From Carcharhinus amblyrhynchos (lineage: Eukaryota), in assembly GCA_965287045.1 (NCBI GenBank), contig OZ336872.1, positions 93,744,001 to 93,808,000 on the forward strand: 64,000 nucleotides of DNA, written 5' to 3'. The notes under the pieces are model-generated. The model was not told the origin of the DNA, made no database searches, and saw only the letters and a list, made by a program, of their open reading frames with translations. This document shows, in pieces, positions 36,806 through 49,463 of this stretch. Made by a program: the position numbers and the translations under genes. Numbering within the stretch: position 1 is the stretch's first letter; each line of letters starts with the position of its first letter.

Positions 36806-38784
36806 ACAGGAAAGAAATGACTTCAAGTGAAACCACAAGAATAGAACAAACTGATTTACTTCAAAATGATAAAGAATAGGAAAATCTGCTTCTGTATAAT
36901 TTAACATGTTTGTTTTTGTACAATAGTGCAAAGTGAGTGACAGTGGATATGCAGCCAGTTTTAACCCCCTCTCCCTGATCCTTATTCCCATCGGTGGGAA
37001 TTACAATCGAGATCGATGCATGGGAGAGATGCCCAGAGACAGTAGTGATGGAAAGACACTGGAGCCATTTAGATGTCTTGATGCAAGGAGTGTAGGTTTC
37101 TTCTGGAGAGATATGTTAGGACAGGCAGGAGGGCTTTTCTCATCTGATTTATCATGTGATAAAGTAGACAATGTTTGCCATTGATAGCAAAGTCAAAAGA
37201 TAATATCAAGTTATGGTGAACAAAGGCACATTGAAAGGAGCTCATCTGAATTTCAGCTGGAAGGTCTCAGAGGGATAAACTTTCTTCTAATTGTATTTAT
37301 TAACCCAATATTTTTAGGTAACCGTATTAATTATAAACAATTCTGTCTCATTTCTTTTTGCACGAATATGTCGTCCATCATTTTAAAACTCTCAGTAATT
37401 ATGTTTTGTAAAGTTCAATCCCTTTCAAAGCTTCCACCAAACGGAACATTAAAAAGATATTGGGCCAGATTTTGTTTTAGCGGCGCATCTAACAGTTTTT
37501 GTCTTGCAATACAAAAACATGTACAATACAAAAATATAATCCTGAAGGATTGAGAGTCCACACTTGTGAAAGTTAATTTCTGCTGTCAGGAAACTTGACC
37601 GGCAGTAATTAACAATTATTTCAGTAGCCAGTGCTGCAAAAAAGGGGTGTGTTTTCACTTTCCTAGCACAGCTGCCCTGAAGAGAAGAGTCCGGGGGGGC
37701 TGACATGCTGTGCACTTCTGAGGAGGCCCGAGTTGGAAGAGAAATGTTCAACTCCCAACTAAAGTAAGTGAAAATTAGTGGAGTGATTATCAGATTGCCA
37801 CCCCTCAAAGCTCTAGTCCAATGAATCTCATAAGACAACCATATAAAAGACATACTTCATATTTAAATGGTCCAAGCTTTGGTGGGAATTTATCCTCAGA
37901 CTCTTTTTTCAAAAACTACATTGTTTTGCAAGTTATCAGAAAATATAAAATAAGGCTTCTTAAAATGTTTGTTTTGGAGTTAGGCTTTTTCTTCCCATTC
38001 CTCTTCTCTGGGTATTGATTTATAATGGATATAGTTTCACAGGTGGAAGCCGCATACTGATATATCACATAAGGGTCATTCTTTATACATGATGTTATAT
38101 CCAATTGCAGGGGATTGCAATCGTGAGTGAGAACTGCTTTTCTTTTTATCCACAATCACGGAATAGTTACAGCGCAGAAGGAAGCTATTTGGCTCATTGT
38201 GTTTGCAGTCGAACTGACCTAACTCTCTAACTGTAACTAATTATAAATATGTGCTAAATTCAGTTAGATTACAATTATTTCTATTACTGTGACTGAGATA
38301 GATGAATCCTTTAACCCACTCTTATGTCAAAGATTTCCATTACTTTTCACATAATTTTCATAGGTTAGATATTGAATTGGAAACTGTAAAATAAATTGTC
38401 TATCAGAAGCCAGTTGAACATCTGGAAAACAACTGTTAATATTTCAGATCTTCACCCTGTACTACCATGTGGAGAGACTGTTGCTGACATTTAACAGAAA
38501 TAAATCACACAGACAAGATTGCAAAATGAGTGAATTCCTGCTATCAGTCATATATGCTCAGGAAGATTAATACTGATATTTTTATTAATGCTGCCATTAT
38601 CTGTAATGCGCATCTGCTTCATACTATGTTGTACATCTGCTCACTTTTTCTTCGTTTCTGACATTGGATCTTGCAGGCACATTGGGCTGGATTTTCCCAT
38701 GGGCTTTAGAGCCCAATGTCAGGACAAATTCAGGTCCCAAGCCCACAATTGCCAATGACGTGACTAGCTACTACAATCTCATGG

Positions 38785-39121
38785 AATTGTAGAATCCTTA
38801 CAGTAAAGAAGGAGGCCATTCGGCCCATTGAGACTGCATCGACTTTCCAACAGAGTATCCTACCCAGGCCCTATCCCCATAACCCCAAGTATTTACCCTG
38901 CTAATCCTCCTAACTTACACAACCTGGGGCATTAAGGTGCAATATAGCATGGCCAATCCTACAAATCTTTGAAGTGTGGAGGAAACCAGAGTGCTCGAAG
39001 AAAGCCACGCAGAAATGGGGAGAATGTGCAAACTCCAAACAGAGAGTCACCCAAGGCCAGAAATGAATCTGGATCCTCGGTAGTGTGAGGCCGCAGTGCT
39101 AACCATCATGCCACCATGCCA
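38785..39121 (-). mobile_element. HE1-like SINE, full length
   Basis: Reverse-complement head at 39121-39060, central domain, and CR1-type tail at ~38790-38830. Confidence 0.85.
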
Positions 39122-39169
39122 CCTCTATCTTCCAGAATGCAGCCTCCTAATTGGCCACCTATAAGGCCA

Positions 39170-41165
39170 GAAACCATAAGACATAGGAGCAGAATTAAGT
39201 CATTTGGCCCATCAAGTCTGCACTGCCATTCAATTATGACTGATACTTTTCTCATCCCCATTTTCCTGCCTTTTCCCCATAATCCCTAATCCCCTTATTA
39301 ATCAAGAACTTACCTCTCTCTGTCTTAAAGATACTCAATGACCTAGCCTTCACAGCCTTCTGCAGCAAAGAGTTCCACAGATTCACCACCTTCTGGATGA
39401 AGAAATTCCTCCTCTTCTCTGTTTTAAAGGACTGTCCCTTTAGCCTAAGATTGTGCCCTCTGATTCTAGTTTTTCCTACTAGTGGAAACATCCTCTCCAC
39501 GTCCACTCTATCCAGGCCCCACAGTATCCCGTAAATTTCAATGAGACCACCCGCCCCCCATCCTTCTAAACTCCAGTAAGTACAGTCCCAGAGTTCTCAA
39601 CTGTTCCTCACACGACAAGCTCTTCATTCCAGGGATCATTCCTGTGATCCTCCTCTGGGCTCTTTCCAAGGCCAGCAAATTCTTCCTTAGATATTGGGCC
39701 TAAAACTGCTCACAATGTTCCAAGTGGGGTCTGACCAGAACCTTATACAGCCTCAGAAGTACATCCCTGTTCTTGTTTTCTAGCTCTTTCAACGTGAATG
39801 CTAACATTGCATTTGCCTTCCTAACTGCAAACTGAATCTGCAAATTAACCTCAAGAGAATCTTGAACAATGACTCCTAAATCCCTCTGTGTTACTGATTT
39901 CCTTAGCATTTCCCATTTAGAAAATAGTCTATTGCTCCTTTCAAAGTGCATAACCTCACACTTTCCACATTGTATTCCATCTGCCGCTTCTTTGTCCACT
40001 GTGCTAACCTGTCCAAGTCCTTCTCTGCCGCCACCCCCCCCCAACCCCCCACTCCCAGTTTCTCAATACTACCTGTCCCTCTACATATCTTTGTATCATC
40101 TGCAAACTTAGCAACAATGTCTTCAGCTCCTTCCTCCAAATCGTTAACGTATATTGTGAAAAGTTATGGTCCCAGCACTGACCCCTGAGGCACAGTTACC
40201 AGCTGCCATCCTGAAAAAAGCTCCTTTATCCCACTCTCTGCCTTCTTCCAGTCAGCCAATCCTCTATCCATGCCAGGATCTTACCCTTAACACCACGGGC
40301 ACTTACTTAACAGTCTCCTATGCAGCACCTTGTCAAAAGCCTTCTGGAAATATAAATAAATCACGTTTAGTAGTTTTCTTTATCTAACTTCCTTGTTACC
40401 TCCTCAAAGAACTCTAATAGATTTGTCAGACATGACTTCCCCTTGACAAAGCTGTGCTGACTCAATCCGATTTTCTCATGCACTTCCAAGTAATCTGCAA
40501 TCTCATCTTTAATAATCGACTCTAAAATCTCGCCAATGACCGATGTCAGGCTAACCAGCCTATAATTTCTCGTCTGCTGCCTCCCTCCCTTTTTAAACAG
40601 CGGTGTTACATTAGGTACTTTCTAGTCCTCTGGTGCCCTCCCTATTCCCAGTGATTCCTGAAAGATAACCATCAATGCCTCCACATTTTCTCAGCTATCT
40701 CTTTTAGAACCCTGGGTTGTAGTCCATCCAGTCCAGGTGATTTATCCATCTTCAGACCTTTCAGTTTGCCCAGAACTTTCTCCTTAGTAATGGCCACTAC
40801 AATCATCTGTGTCCCATGACTTTTTGGAGCTCTGGCATCCCACTGTGAAGACTGATGAAAAGTAACCATTCAGTTCCTCTGCCATTGCTTTGTTTCCTAT
40901 TATTACTTCTCCAGTCTCATTTTCCAGTGGTCCTCTTTTATATACTGAAAAAACTCTTCCCATCTTCTTTTATATTTACTAGCTTACAGTCATATTTCAA
41001 CTCCTCCCTCCTTATTGCTATTTTAGTTGCTCTCTGCTTGCTTTTAAAAGCTTCCCAATCCTCTGGTTTCCCACTAATCCTTACCACTTTGTATGCTTTT
41101 TTTTTGCTTTTATGCTGTCCTTGGCTTCCCTCATCAGCCATGGATGCCTCGTCCTCCTCTTAGTA
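39170..41165 (-). mobile_element. 5'-truncated CR1 (~2 kb) with frameshifts
   Basis: Minus-strand pieces DKSPGLDGLQPRVLKE, AKFADDTK, LVRPHLEHCEQF and RRNFFIQKVVNLWNSL; tail CCATAAGACATAGGAGCAG. Confidence 0.9.
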
Positions 41166-43860
41166 CGTTTCCTTCTCCCCTGTGTTCACTGTCCTATGAT
41201 GGGCAGCAGATGGGCATCCAATGCTGCATGTTCAATCAGAGGGCTAGCAGCTCTGAAGAACTGGCAGCTCCACTGGGACAGGTGGGCACAGCTAAGGTAG
41301 GTCAAGAACCGTACGAGAGCCTTAATACTGGCTAACATCAAATGGCTGCACTGAAGCTTACCGAAGTTGGTAGGGGCTCTGGGATGGTAGGGAAAACTAT
41401 CTTCAAGCTAGGTCATGGATGGTGTTGCAGCCTTTCATCCCTGTGGCCCTGCCATTGGAACATGGAGCTTCAGGCTCTGATAGCAGTACCTTGAATGAGC
41501 ACACGGTGGCAGATCACTCCGATATCGATAAAATACCAGCACTGGCTCAAAACGGCCCCTTAGCAGAACTTTAATTGAACTAATTGGCTGCTTGATTCTG
41601 TGGAGCCAGCTTGATTTCCAGTCAGCTTCTTGAGACAGTCCCCAAGAGGTAGGAATACATGGCGAGTCCTCCCGATATGGCTTCCTGCTGTTTTCCTCTC
41701 CTGTCCTACCTCCAACCCTGGGAACTTTCAACTCAGCCTCTCATTCACAACTAAGTTATGTGTGCTGATCTAAGCAATTAATGAAACACAATTCATTGGT
41801 ATGAACCCAGATTTACAATTGACCAACTATTCCTCTTGGTGCACGAGATGCCTCTTATTTAGTTTGCAATCTCCTTCATCTTTTTCAATCAATGATAATG
41901 CACATCTTTTCAATTAAGTGTAAGCCAGTCAGGATTGCTCACTGATATCTCTTGCCTACTTCTCCTCAGAATACGTTACATTTGCCTGGGGCTTGGCCGA
42001 CACAGATTACTGCAAGTAAATAATCCACTGAATCAATCTTGGATAAATTAATACGGGCTCTGAAATGTTATCAGCAAAATAATTCACAGCGCAATGCTTA
42101 AGGGCCTAGAACGACAGAATGTGAGGAAATTCATATTCTGTTTTCATCGTTCCAACACTTCAAAGTTGCCACATATATAATTGCTGCAGGGTGTTTGAGA
42201 ACTAATTTGTGATAAGAGAGTTCATCAACCCTCCGTATAACAAAAACTAAATGGAAAGCATACCCAATATTATTGTGTAATAATACTGCAGGAAGAAAAA
42301 GTAGGCTCATTGACATACAGCGTTGCAAGCAAAATACATCCCTAAATCTAAAGGCAGGCCATTCACATTTCCTCTTTAAAGGATGAAATCAAAGCATGCT
42401 AATTTCTTAATTTTTTTGGTGACAATATGATAAACTCTCTATGATGCTCCTCACAGCAGCTATTTAGCAGCAAATGCTAAATAGATGGTTAGTTTATTAA
42501 ATAAACAGTCTCTGTGGGCTAGATCCGGAAAATATTGAGAGTACATTGGTCTGTTTACATTTACATTGTCCAATATACAGGCAATTTATCGATAGAAGTA
42601 TTTAATAATGGTTGTGTTAACATGTAACAAAGACTTACAATACCATTTGCAACTTTGATAGCTTTTTTTAAAAAAGAACCAGAAACATTGGTGGTAATTT
42701 TTAATTTCATTGATGGATAGTAACCTGGTGGAATACCCCGGGTCGAACTTGTGATTTTCATCCCATTACTTTTATTGGAATGAAACTGGATGTGTTCTGA
42801 TGACAGGATGATTCACTCTTCCAGATTATTATTTGCATTGTAACTGCATAATAATCATTATCTTTTTATATTAAAAAAAAGAAATGCATAAAAAGCTTCA
42901 AGATATTAATTGAGTATTCCATTAGTCTATATTCATCAGCAACTTAGGTCAGTTGGTCCCATGCTTTAACTTTGTAAAGTGTGCAGGTAACATCAGCTAT
43001 GACTATAACATCGCTTTTCCATGTCAAATCACCTGCTAGTTTCAGACATGAAGGATGGTCATTTGGGTGAGTTCCTGGAGAGCAGTCTACATCTGTGAAA
43101 CTGTAACTCAAGTAGACTGAATACTATCAAGAAGGGAGGATTTGGCAAGTAAAGGGAAATTGCTTAAACAGAGAATTTGAGAACAGCTGAAGCGGTTGTC
43201 CCATCTGGGTACAAAATACGATGAGAACTATAACGTGGGCAATGTTTCAGTCTACAACTGGTCGTAGAGATAGGCATTAGCGTTTTTTTTGGACACACAA
43301 AAGATATCTGATTTTCACAAGGCTGCTTTAGTCTCTTGCATTCATACCCATGAGACATGAGCTATCTCATCCAAGAGTTTATATCTTCCAGACTGAACAA
43401 CAATTTCAGTGTAGTTTAGAAACTCATGATTGAAATTAAAAAGGATGATTTTAAAATAATAATTGTTAGGTCAGAAAACATGCTAAACTAGGTACAGGTT
43501 ATATTTCTAATCAGTATTGGGATTTACAGAAAAAACAAATGGGGTTCATATGTCTTTTTCTATTCTCCCATTATGTGAAGAAGGGTGAATAATGCAGATT
43601 AATAGCATCAAGAGAAAAATAACAAGAAAGATGGTTGTGATAGTTAAAGAGCCCAATTGCGTCCAAGTTGAAGTGTTTTGCTTCTGCAGTTACTCAGGAC
43701 TGAGTTAAATCTTTACCACCCATTATATTATCAGATATTGTAATAGAAATTTTATAGTAAATGGAAGCTGTTTGTTGACCTATCCTGTAAAAATCCACAC
43801 TGTTCTTTATATATTCTTTTATATTGTTGCTAACAGTAACTTGTGTCAAGTTGCTAAAAC

Positions 43861-43895
43861 CTGCCATCTTGTGGTCAGTAAGTATATTGCTAGTA
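43861..43895 (-). promoter_or_regulatory. Candidate CTCF binding site (core plus upstream module)
   Basis: Minus strand AGCAATATACTTACTGACCACAAGATGGCAG. Core CCACAAGATGGCAG (43874-43861) fits the CTCF consensus, with an AGCAAT resembling the upstream TGCA(A/G)T module at plausible spacing. Motif evidence only. Confidence 0.5.
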
Positions 43896-43924
43896 TTATT
43901 GAGCAAGTCTATCATTAACAACAG

Positions 43925-44600
43925 CAACTTTTATTTATATAATGCCTTTAACATAATACAATGTGCCAAAATGCTTCACAAGGGCATTATAAACCAAGAT
44001 GCAATATCAATCCACATAAGGAGATATCAGGGCAGGTGACTAAACACTTAGTTGATGACATAGGTTTTAAAGAGTGTCTTTAAAGAGGAAAGCAATGTCA
44101 AGACGCTTAGGGAGGAAGTTACAGAGTTTTGGGGCCTAGACAACTCGAGGTATGGTGACCAATGGTGAAGCAATTAAAACCACAGATGCACACAAGGATG
44201 GAATTTGATGAGTGCCAATATTTTGGAGGGGCTGGAGGAAATTATTGCGATAGGGAGGGATTGGAAGGATCATGGACAGGTTGGAAAACAAGGATGAGAA
44301 CTTTAAAATTAAGACCTTGCTTAATCAGGAACCAGTGCAGTTTGGTGAACACAGGGGTAATGGGAAATGGGATTTGATATCAGGCTGATGATGCTTAGAT
44401 GATCTCAAATTTATGGAGGGTAGAATACTGGGGATCAGCTAAATGTGCAATTTGAACAATTAAGTCTAGAGGTAATGTGGATAATGGCTTCAGCAAGTGA
44501 TGAGTTGAGACAGGATAAAGTTGGGGATGTTATAGAGGTGAAAATAGGCAGTCATAGTGATGGCATGAATGTGTTGAAAGCTTATCTTGGATTCATAAAC
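43925..44600 (-). mobile_element. Old L2-like LINE 3' portion
   Basis: Begins with the reversed tail CAACTTTTATTTATATAATGCCTTT...GCTTCACA; similar to 53020-53590 and to the reverse of 12820-13110. Confidence 0.6.
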
Positions 44601-45979
44601 AGCTATTTCCCTAAATAATTTTATTGTAAAATTTGGTATGTACTAAATAAGATTTTCGGTTATATATTGATGTGGAAATTCTGATTAGATCTACTGACAA
44701 AAATAAAAATTCAGTGATTTCTGAAGGGGGTCTGCTCATTTCAAATATAAAGGGGAGATTTTCCAGCTGCACTTGTCCCAAGGCCGGGAAATCCCACACA
44801 AGGTCAACACATCTTTGCGTGGATCATATCCCACCTGCTACGATATCTGTGGTTGGTTGGTGGGATGGGAAAATCCTGCTGAAAGTGTAGATTTCAAATT
44901 ACTTAGCAGATAAAATCAGTTTTTTTTGTAAAATTGAAGTGACCCAAAGTTTAGAAATTGATCTCAATGGGTTTTTATTGATTTTACTGAAAAAGGCAAC
45001 AGCCTTACTTACAGCTCATATAACCTTTAAAAATCTCATTATTTTGTTGAGTATCCTAAATTTCAGTTCTCCTTAATTCCAAGAGAACTGTGGGGATTAC
45101 AACTGATGAAATTTGAAGCATTTTATTTCATTTCCTCAACAATCGAAACATAAGCCTGATAATGATAGTCAAATTGTTTAAAAACTTTTTGCAGCAATAC
45201 TTGTATGTTTCATAAAATAAAGATTAGAGGAAAATGCTTCAGATAAAATGAAGAACATAGGAATGGAAACATAGAAATTGGAATTAGCCATTCAGCCCCT
45301 TAAACCTGTTCCATCTTTCATTAAGATCATGGCTGTTCTGCAATCTAACTCCATATAACTGTTTGAATGGTGTACAGGTCTTGCTGCATGTGGGCACAAA
45401 CTGCCTCAGTATCTGAGGAATTTTGAATGGTACTGAACACTGTGTATTCATGAGGGAACATCCCTACTTCTAAGCCTTTGTTGGAGGGAAGGTCATTGCT
45501 GAAGCAACTGATGGTGGTTGGGTCGAGAAACACTATCCTGAGGAATTCCTGGGGCTGGAGTGATTGGCCTCCAATAATCACAACCATCTTCTTTTGTGGT
45601 AGCTTTGACTCCATCCAGTCAAGAGCTAGATCAATGATTCTCATTGACTTCAGCTTTGCTGGGGTTCCTTGATGTTACACTCAGTCAAATGCACCCATGA
45701 TGTTAAGATTAGTTACTTTCATATCGAGTATGGAATTCAGGTTGTTTGTCCTTGTTTGAACCCAGCTGTGATGAAGCATGGAGGCAGGTGGTTCTGGCAG
45801 AATTGAAACTGAACATTGGTAAACAAGTTATTTCTGAGAAAATTGCATTTGATATCACTGTTGTTAAAACCATCTATCACTTAACCGATGATCATGTATA
45901 GGCTGATGGGGTGACAATTGGTCCAATTGGATTTGTTTTGTATTTTGTGGACAGGACATACTGTACATTTTTTCACACT

Positions 45980-46715
45980 TTGGGAGGTCTCATAAGGGTA
46001 GGATATACACAATGAGTGGTAGGTCCCTAGAGAGTATTGGGGAACAAAGGGATAACAAGTCCATAGATCTCTGAAGTTGACAGCACAGGTAGATAGGGTG
46101 GTGAAGAAGGCTTGCCTTCATTTGCCAGACATAGAATATAGGAGTAGGGAGGTCCTGGTGCAACTTTATAAAACATTGGTTCGGCCACAGATGAAGTATA
46201 GTATAGTTCTGGTCACTGCACTATTAGAATTGCACTGGAGCGGGTGCAGAAGAGATTCATCAGCATGTTGCCTGGGATGGAAAGCTTCAGCTATGAGGAG
46301 ACACAGGATGGGCTGGGTTTATTTTCTCTGGAGCAGAGGAGGTTGAGGAGGAGTTTGATAGAGATATACAAACCATGTGAGTCATAAATAGGGTAGATTG
46401 TAAACATCTTTTCCTTGTAGTAGTGGATCTCAGACCAGAGGCATAGGTTAAAGATATGGAGTAGTAGTTTAGACAGAATCTGAGGAATATTTTTTCACCA
46501 GAGGGTGGTGAAAATATAGAACACACTGTCTGAGAGGGCGGTGGAGGCAGGTACTCTCACAACATTTAAGAAGCATCTGGACCAGCACTTAAATTGCTGT
46601 GGCATAGTGAACCATAGTCCAGTTGCTGCTAAATGGGATTAGTGCAGATTGGTCTTTGATAGTCGGCATAGACAAGGTGGGCTGAAGGTTCTGAGCTGTA
46701 TGACTTTGTGACTAT
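45980..46715 (+). mobile_element. Older CR1 3' fragment
   Basis: QVDRVVKKA...IEYRSREVLVQLYKTLVRPQ, FFTRGW-like region, tail TATGACTTTGTGACT. Confidence 0.85.
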
Positions 46716-46738
46716 TTCAGTGTGAATTCTTGTTTCAA

Positions 46739-46777
46739 AGCTTTGACAAAGGGTCATCTGGGCTTGAAACGTCAGCT
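46739..46777 (+). ncRNA. Minimal type I hammerhead ribozyme motif with U3-A8 core variant, inside a Penelope-like terminal fragment (~46735-46872)
   Basis: AGCT-TTGACAA-A-GGGTC-ATCTG-GGCTT-GAAA-CGTC-AGCT: stem I AGCT/AGCT, stem II with G-U pairs, palindromic ACGT stem III, GUC cleavage triplet at 46771-46773. Confidence 0.6.
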
Positions 46778-47059
46778 ATTTTCTCTCCTTACAGATGCTG
46801 TTAGAACTGCTAAGTTTTTGCAGCATTTTCTCTTTTGGTTTCAGATTCCAGCATCTGCAGTAGTTTGCTTGTATTTGGATCATCCAATTGGTAATTCTGA
46901 CTGTAGATGCAAATGCTTCAGTATTGTCTTTTGCTGAACTCCTCCTCTGGTTATTGTTGAACTGTGACAGGATTGCAGACAGGAGTGATCTGATCTATTG
47001 GTGTAGGATCATTCAGCTTTGTCTATAGGAGACTGCATCTGCTGTTTGGCATGTCAGTA

Positions 47060-49463
47060 TTTGGCATGCCGACGAGGGAGCGAGCTATCTTGGATCTGGT
47101 GCTATGTAATGAGGCGGGTAGAATTAGGGACCTTGTGGTGAAGGATCCTCTTGGGGAGAGTGATCATTGTATGGTGGAGTTTCTGGTGCAGATGGAGGAG
47201 GAGAAAGTGGGTTCCCGGACACGCGTCCTTTGTTTGAATAGAGGGAAATACGGTAGGATGAGAGAAGAATTGGCGAATGTGGACTGGGAGAGCGCGTTGG
47301 AGGGAGGGTCTGTTAAGGAGCAGTGGAGGATCTTTAAGGAGATCTTTCTTGGTGCTCAACGGAAATTTATTCCGATGGTCAAAAAGGATAGTAGAAGGAG
47401 AGGTAATAAGCCGTGGATAACAAAGGAGGTGAAGGAAAGTGTTAAACTAAAAGCGGAGGAATTTAGAGTAGCTAAGAGTAGTGGGCGAGAAGAGGATTGG
47501 GAGAGGTTTAAATGTCAACAAAGATTGACAAAGAAGTTGATAAGGAAGGGTAGGAGAAACTATGAAGCTGAGCTAGTGCTTAATATAAAAAAGGATAGCA
47601 AGAGTTTTTATAAATATATAAAAAGGAAGAGGCTGGCTAGGGTGAATGTTGGTCCTTTAGAGGATGAGAAAGGGGACCTAGTGGTAGGGGATGGGGATAT
47701 GGCTAAGGTATTGAATAATTTTTTTGTTTCTGTCTTCACGGAGGAGGACGTGAATAATTTGCCGGGTGTTAGCGATAGAAAGGTGGTAGGACTGGAGGGT
47801 CTTAATGACATTACTGTTACTAGAAAGGCGGTGCTCGACAGACTGGAGGGGGCTGATTGTGGACAAGTCCCCAGGACCGGATGGAATGCATTCGAGGGTT
47901 CTGAAAGAAATGGCGGAGGTGATAGTGGATGCCTTGGTGGTTATTTTCCAAACGTCGCTGGATTCCGGGGAAGTGCCGGATGATTGGAAAACGGCTAATG
48001 TTACGCCGTTGTTTAAGAAGGGTGCCAGGCAAAAGGCGGGGAATTATAGGCCGGTTAGTTTAACATCTGTGGTAGGTAAAATGTTAGAATCTGTCATCAA
48101 GGAGGAAATTGCGAGGCATCTTGAAGGGAATTGCTTGATAGAGCAGACGCAGCACGGTTTCATTAAAGGGAAGTCGTGTCTGACAAATTTACTGGAGTTC
48201 TATGAGGATGTGTCTAGGGCAGTGGATAGAGGAGAGCCGGTGGATGTGGTCTTTCTAGATTTTCAGAAAGCGTTTGACAAAGTGCCTCACAAGAGGTTAT
48301 TGCAGAAGGTCGAGGGACATGGAGTTGGGGGTAAGGTGTTAGCGTGGATAGAAGATTGGTTGTCAAATAGGAGGCAGAGAGTGGGGGTCAACGGGTGCTA
48401 TTCGGATTGGCGGATGGTGACTAGTGGAGTGCCCCAGGGGTCGGTGCTGGGGCCTCAGCTTTTTACCATTTATATAGATGATCTGGAGGAGGGAACCGAG
48501 TGTAGAGTGTCGAAATTTGCTGATGACACCAAGATTGGGGGAACGGCAAATTGTGCGGAGGGTGTGGAGAGTCTGCAGAAGGATCTAGATAGGCTGGGCG
48601 AATGGGCCAGGAAATGGCAAATGGAATTTAATGTTGGCAAGTGTGAGGTGGTCCACTTTGGTAGGAAAAATGGTAGGAAGGACTATTACTTACGAGGCGA
48701 AAAACTGCAGCAGGCGACGGTGCAGAGGGACCTCGGGGTCCTTGTGCATGAGTCGCAAAAACCCAGCTTGCAGGTGCAGCAGGTGGTCAGGAAGGCGAAT
48801 GGGATGCTGGCCTTCATAGCGAAGGGGATTGAATATAAAAGTAGGGAGGTCTTGCTGCAGCTGTATAGGGCATTGGTGAGGCCGCAACTGGAGTACTGTG
48901 TGCATTTTTGGGCGCCGCACCTGCGCAAAGATATTTTGGCCTTGGAGGGAGTGCAGAGGAGGTTTACTAGGCTGATACCGGAGTTGAGGGGGTTGAGCTA
49001 TGAGGAGAGGCTGAATAAACTGGGCTTGTACTCGTTAGAGTTTAGAAGAATGAGAGGAGATCTCATTGAGACGTATAAGATGATGAATGGGATGGATAGG
49101 ATAGAGGTGGAAAGACTCTTCCCGCTCAAAAAAGACAATAGGACTAGGGGGCACAGCCTCAAGATAAAAGGGGGGCGGTTTAGAACAGAGTTGAGGAGGA
49201 ACTTCTTCACTCAAAGGGTGGTGAATCTCTGGAATTCTCTGCCCGTTGAAGTGGTGGAGGCTGCCTCGCTAAATATTTTTAAGACACGGGTTGATGGGTT
49301 TTTGATAGGAGAGGGGATTAAGGGTTATGGGGAGAGGGCGGGAAAGTGGAACTGAGCAGCGACAGATCAGCCATGATCTTATTGAATGGCGGGGCAGGCT
49401 CGAAGGGCTGGATGGCCTACTCCTGCTCCTATTTCTTATGTTCTTATGTTCTTATGTTCTTAT
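47060..49463 (+). mobile_element. Young 5'-truncated CR1 (HER1-like) LINE, copy 2: end of APE, linker and complete RT, one frameshift
   Basis: ORFs 47051-47983 and 47805-49355 join if one G is removed from the G5 run at 47848-47852. Motifs LGESDH, NYRPVSLTS, DFQKAFDKV, GVPQGSVLGP, KFADD; tail (TTCTTATG)x4. Confidence 0.97.

Noticed and set aside
47051-49355. Two-ORF RT system, retron-like locus or programmed frameshift
   Set aside because: A single CR1 ORF2 broken by one extra G; the ATG comes from flanking sequence and the copy is 5'-truncated.
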